From Squalus acanthias (Eukaryota): a stretch of DNA of 64,000 nucleotides. This document shows, piece by piece, positions 62,398-64,000 of this stretch. The number at the start of each line of letters is the position of its first letter. Positions within the stretch are counted from its first letter, which is position 1. Under the pieces are notes generated by a model, which searched no databases, was not told where the DNA came from, and saw nothing but the letters and a program-made list of their open reading frames with translations. The position numbers and the translations under genes were made by a program. Location of the stretch: NCBI GenBank assembly GCA_030390025.1, contig CM059432.1, forward strand, positions 125,490,001 through 125,554,000, read 5' to 3'.

Positions 62398-63445
62398 CCA
62401 ACTTCCACCCCTCCTTTACATTCACATGGTACATCTCTGACTTCCCTTCCTCGATTTTATCTCCTTTTCTTAGGATAGACCGTCCACCAATGTCTACTAC
62501 AAGCCCACCGACTCACACAGCTACCTCGAGTAATATATCCTCCTACCCTGCTTCCTGTAGACTATTCCATTCTCCTAGCTTCTCCATCTCAGTTGCGTCT
62601 GTTCCGACGATGCCACCAGAGCTTCCGAAATGTCTTCCTTTCTCCTCGGCCGAGGATTCCCCTCCACCGGGGTTGACAGGGTCCTCGACCGTGTCCATCC
62701 CATGCACTTCCATCTTCACCTCTTCCATGATAGGATCACCCTTGTCCCCACCCTCCACCCCACCAGCCTTCATGTTCAACGGATCATTCTCCACTATCTC
62801 CAGTGCAATGCCACCACCAAAACACATCTTCCACTCCCCTCCCAGCATTCTGAAGCGTCCGTTCCCTCTGCGACCCACCACAGCAGCTGGGGAATTTAAA
62901 TTCAATTAAATAAATCTGGAATAAAAAAAACTAGTATCAGTAATGGTGACCATGAAACTTGGATTGTTGTAAAAACCTATCTTGTTCACTAAAGTCCTTT
63001 AGGGAAGGAAATCTGCCGTCCTTACTCTGCGACACCCTAGTTGACTCTTCCATCATCTCCAACACCTGCTCCCTTCCCTCGGCACCTTTCCATGCAAGTG
63101 CAGGAGATGCAACACCTGCCCTTTCACCTCCTCCATTCCCATTGTCCACGGCCCCACTCACTCCTTCCGGGTGAAACAGCAATTTACTTTTATTTCTTCC
63201 AACTTAGTATACTGTATTTGCTGCTCACGATACACTGGAGAGACCAAACGCAAATTGGGTGATCGCTTTGCTGAACACCTCCGTTCAATCTCTAAGGGTG
63301 ACCCTGAGCTTCCGGTCGCTTTAATTCTCCATACTACTCTGACCTCTGTTCCAATGAAGACCAACGCTAGCTCGAGGAACAACACCTCATCTTTCTACTA
63401 GGCACTTTAGGGGCTTCTGGCCTTAATATTGAGTTTAACAACTCT
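62398..63445 (+). mobile_element. Degraded Penelope 3' part, interrupted by a SINE fragment (about 62873-63025)
   Basis: SSNLVYCICCSRYTGETKRKLGDRFAEH GIY-YIG remnant; the insert matches 63685-63825. Confidence 0.85.
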
Positions 63446-63604
63446 GAGAGAAAATGAGTGGTTCTGGTCTAGACAGCAGGTGCAGGTCATGGAGGATGGC
63501 TGCAGCAGAACCATTGAAGTGGAGGAGGTGTGGGCTGATATTCCCCAACACAGCTGGCAGGGTGGTCCACACCCCTGGGGTCTACCTGCCTTTCTTCCAC
63601 CATC

Positions 63605-64000
63605 GGGAACGGTAACATCGTGGTTATGTTACTGGACTAGTAATCCAAAGGCCTGAACTAACGATCCAGAGACATGAGTTCAAATCCCACCACAGCAACT
63701 GAGGAATTTAAATTCAATTAATAAAATCTGGAATAAAAAAACTAGTATCAGTAATGGTGACCATGAAACTTGAATTGTTGTAAAACCTATCTTATTCACT
63801 AATGTCCTTTAGGGAAGGAAATCTACTGGCCTATATGTGACTCCAGACAATGTGGTTGACTCTTAACTGCCCTCTGAAATGGTCTCGCAAGCCACTCTGT
63901 TGTATTCAAGAAGGTGGCTCACCACCACCTTCTCGAGGGCAATTAGGGATGGGCAATAAATGCTGGCCTTGCCAGCGACACCCATATCCTGTAAATGAAT
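63605..64000 (+). mobile_element. tRNA-derived SINE whose tail matches the LINE ending at 13281
   Basis: B box gagttcaaatccc near 63676; tail gggcaattagggatgggcaataaatgctggccttgccagcgac. Confidence 0.85.

Overview
Vertebrate genomic DNA, almost certainly a cartilaginous fish (shark-type CR1, L2, RTE, Penelope and Tx1 retroelements; Deu-, V- and tRNA-SINEs). The only host gene I can support is sorting nexin 31 (SNX31) on the minus strand: coding exons 1-6 at 35460-35519, 35258-35332, 18068-18185, 15104-15168, 5788-5899 and 1998-2088, all GT-AG. They encode the PX domain and the start of the FERM-like domain, and the gene continues off the left edge. The ORF track misses most of these exons. 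As written, exon 5 is 112 nt instead of the 111 nt needed to keep frame, giving a premature stop in exon 6 (real loss-of-function allele or consensus error). Most of the rest is transposable elements. These include a near-intact full-length CR1 with tandem TATA-bearing 5' monomers inserted at the end of a 40-bp higher-order minisatellite, a second CR1 with a similar ORF2 but a different ORF1/5'UTR, a near-full-length L2 nested in another LINE, a deep nest at 38-55 kb, three SINE/LINE tail-sharing pairs, and a palindromic Penelope-type element with a hammerhead core motif and a 14-bp TSD. I found no convincing wholly new biological system. All protein comparisons are from memory and by eye, not computed.
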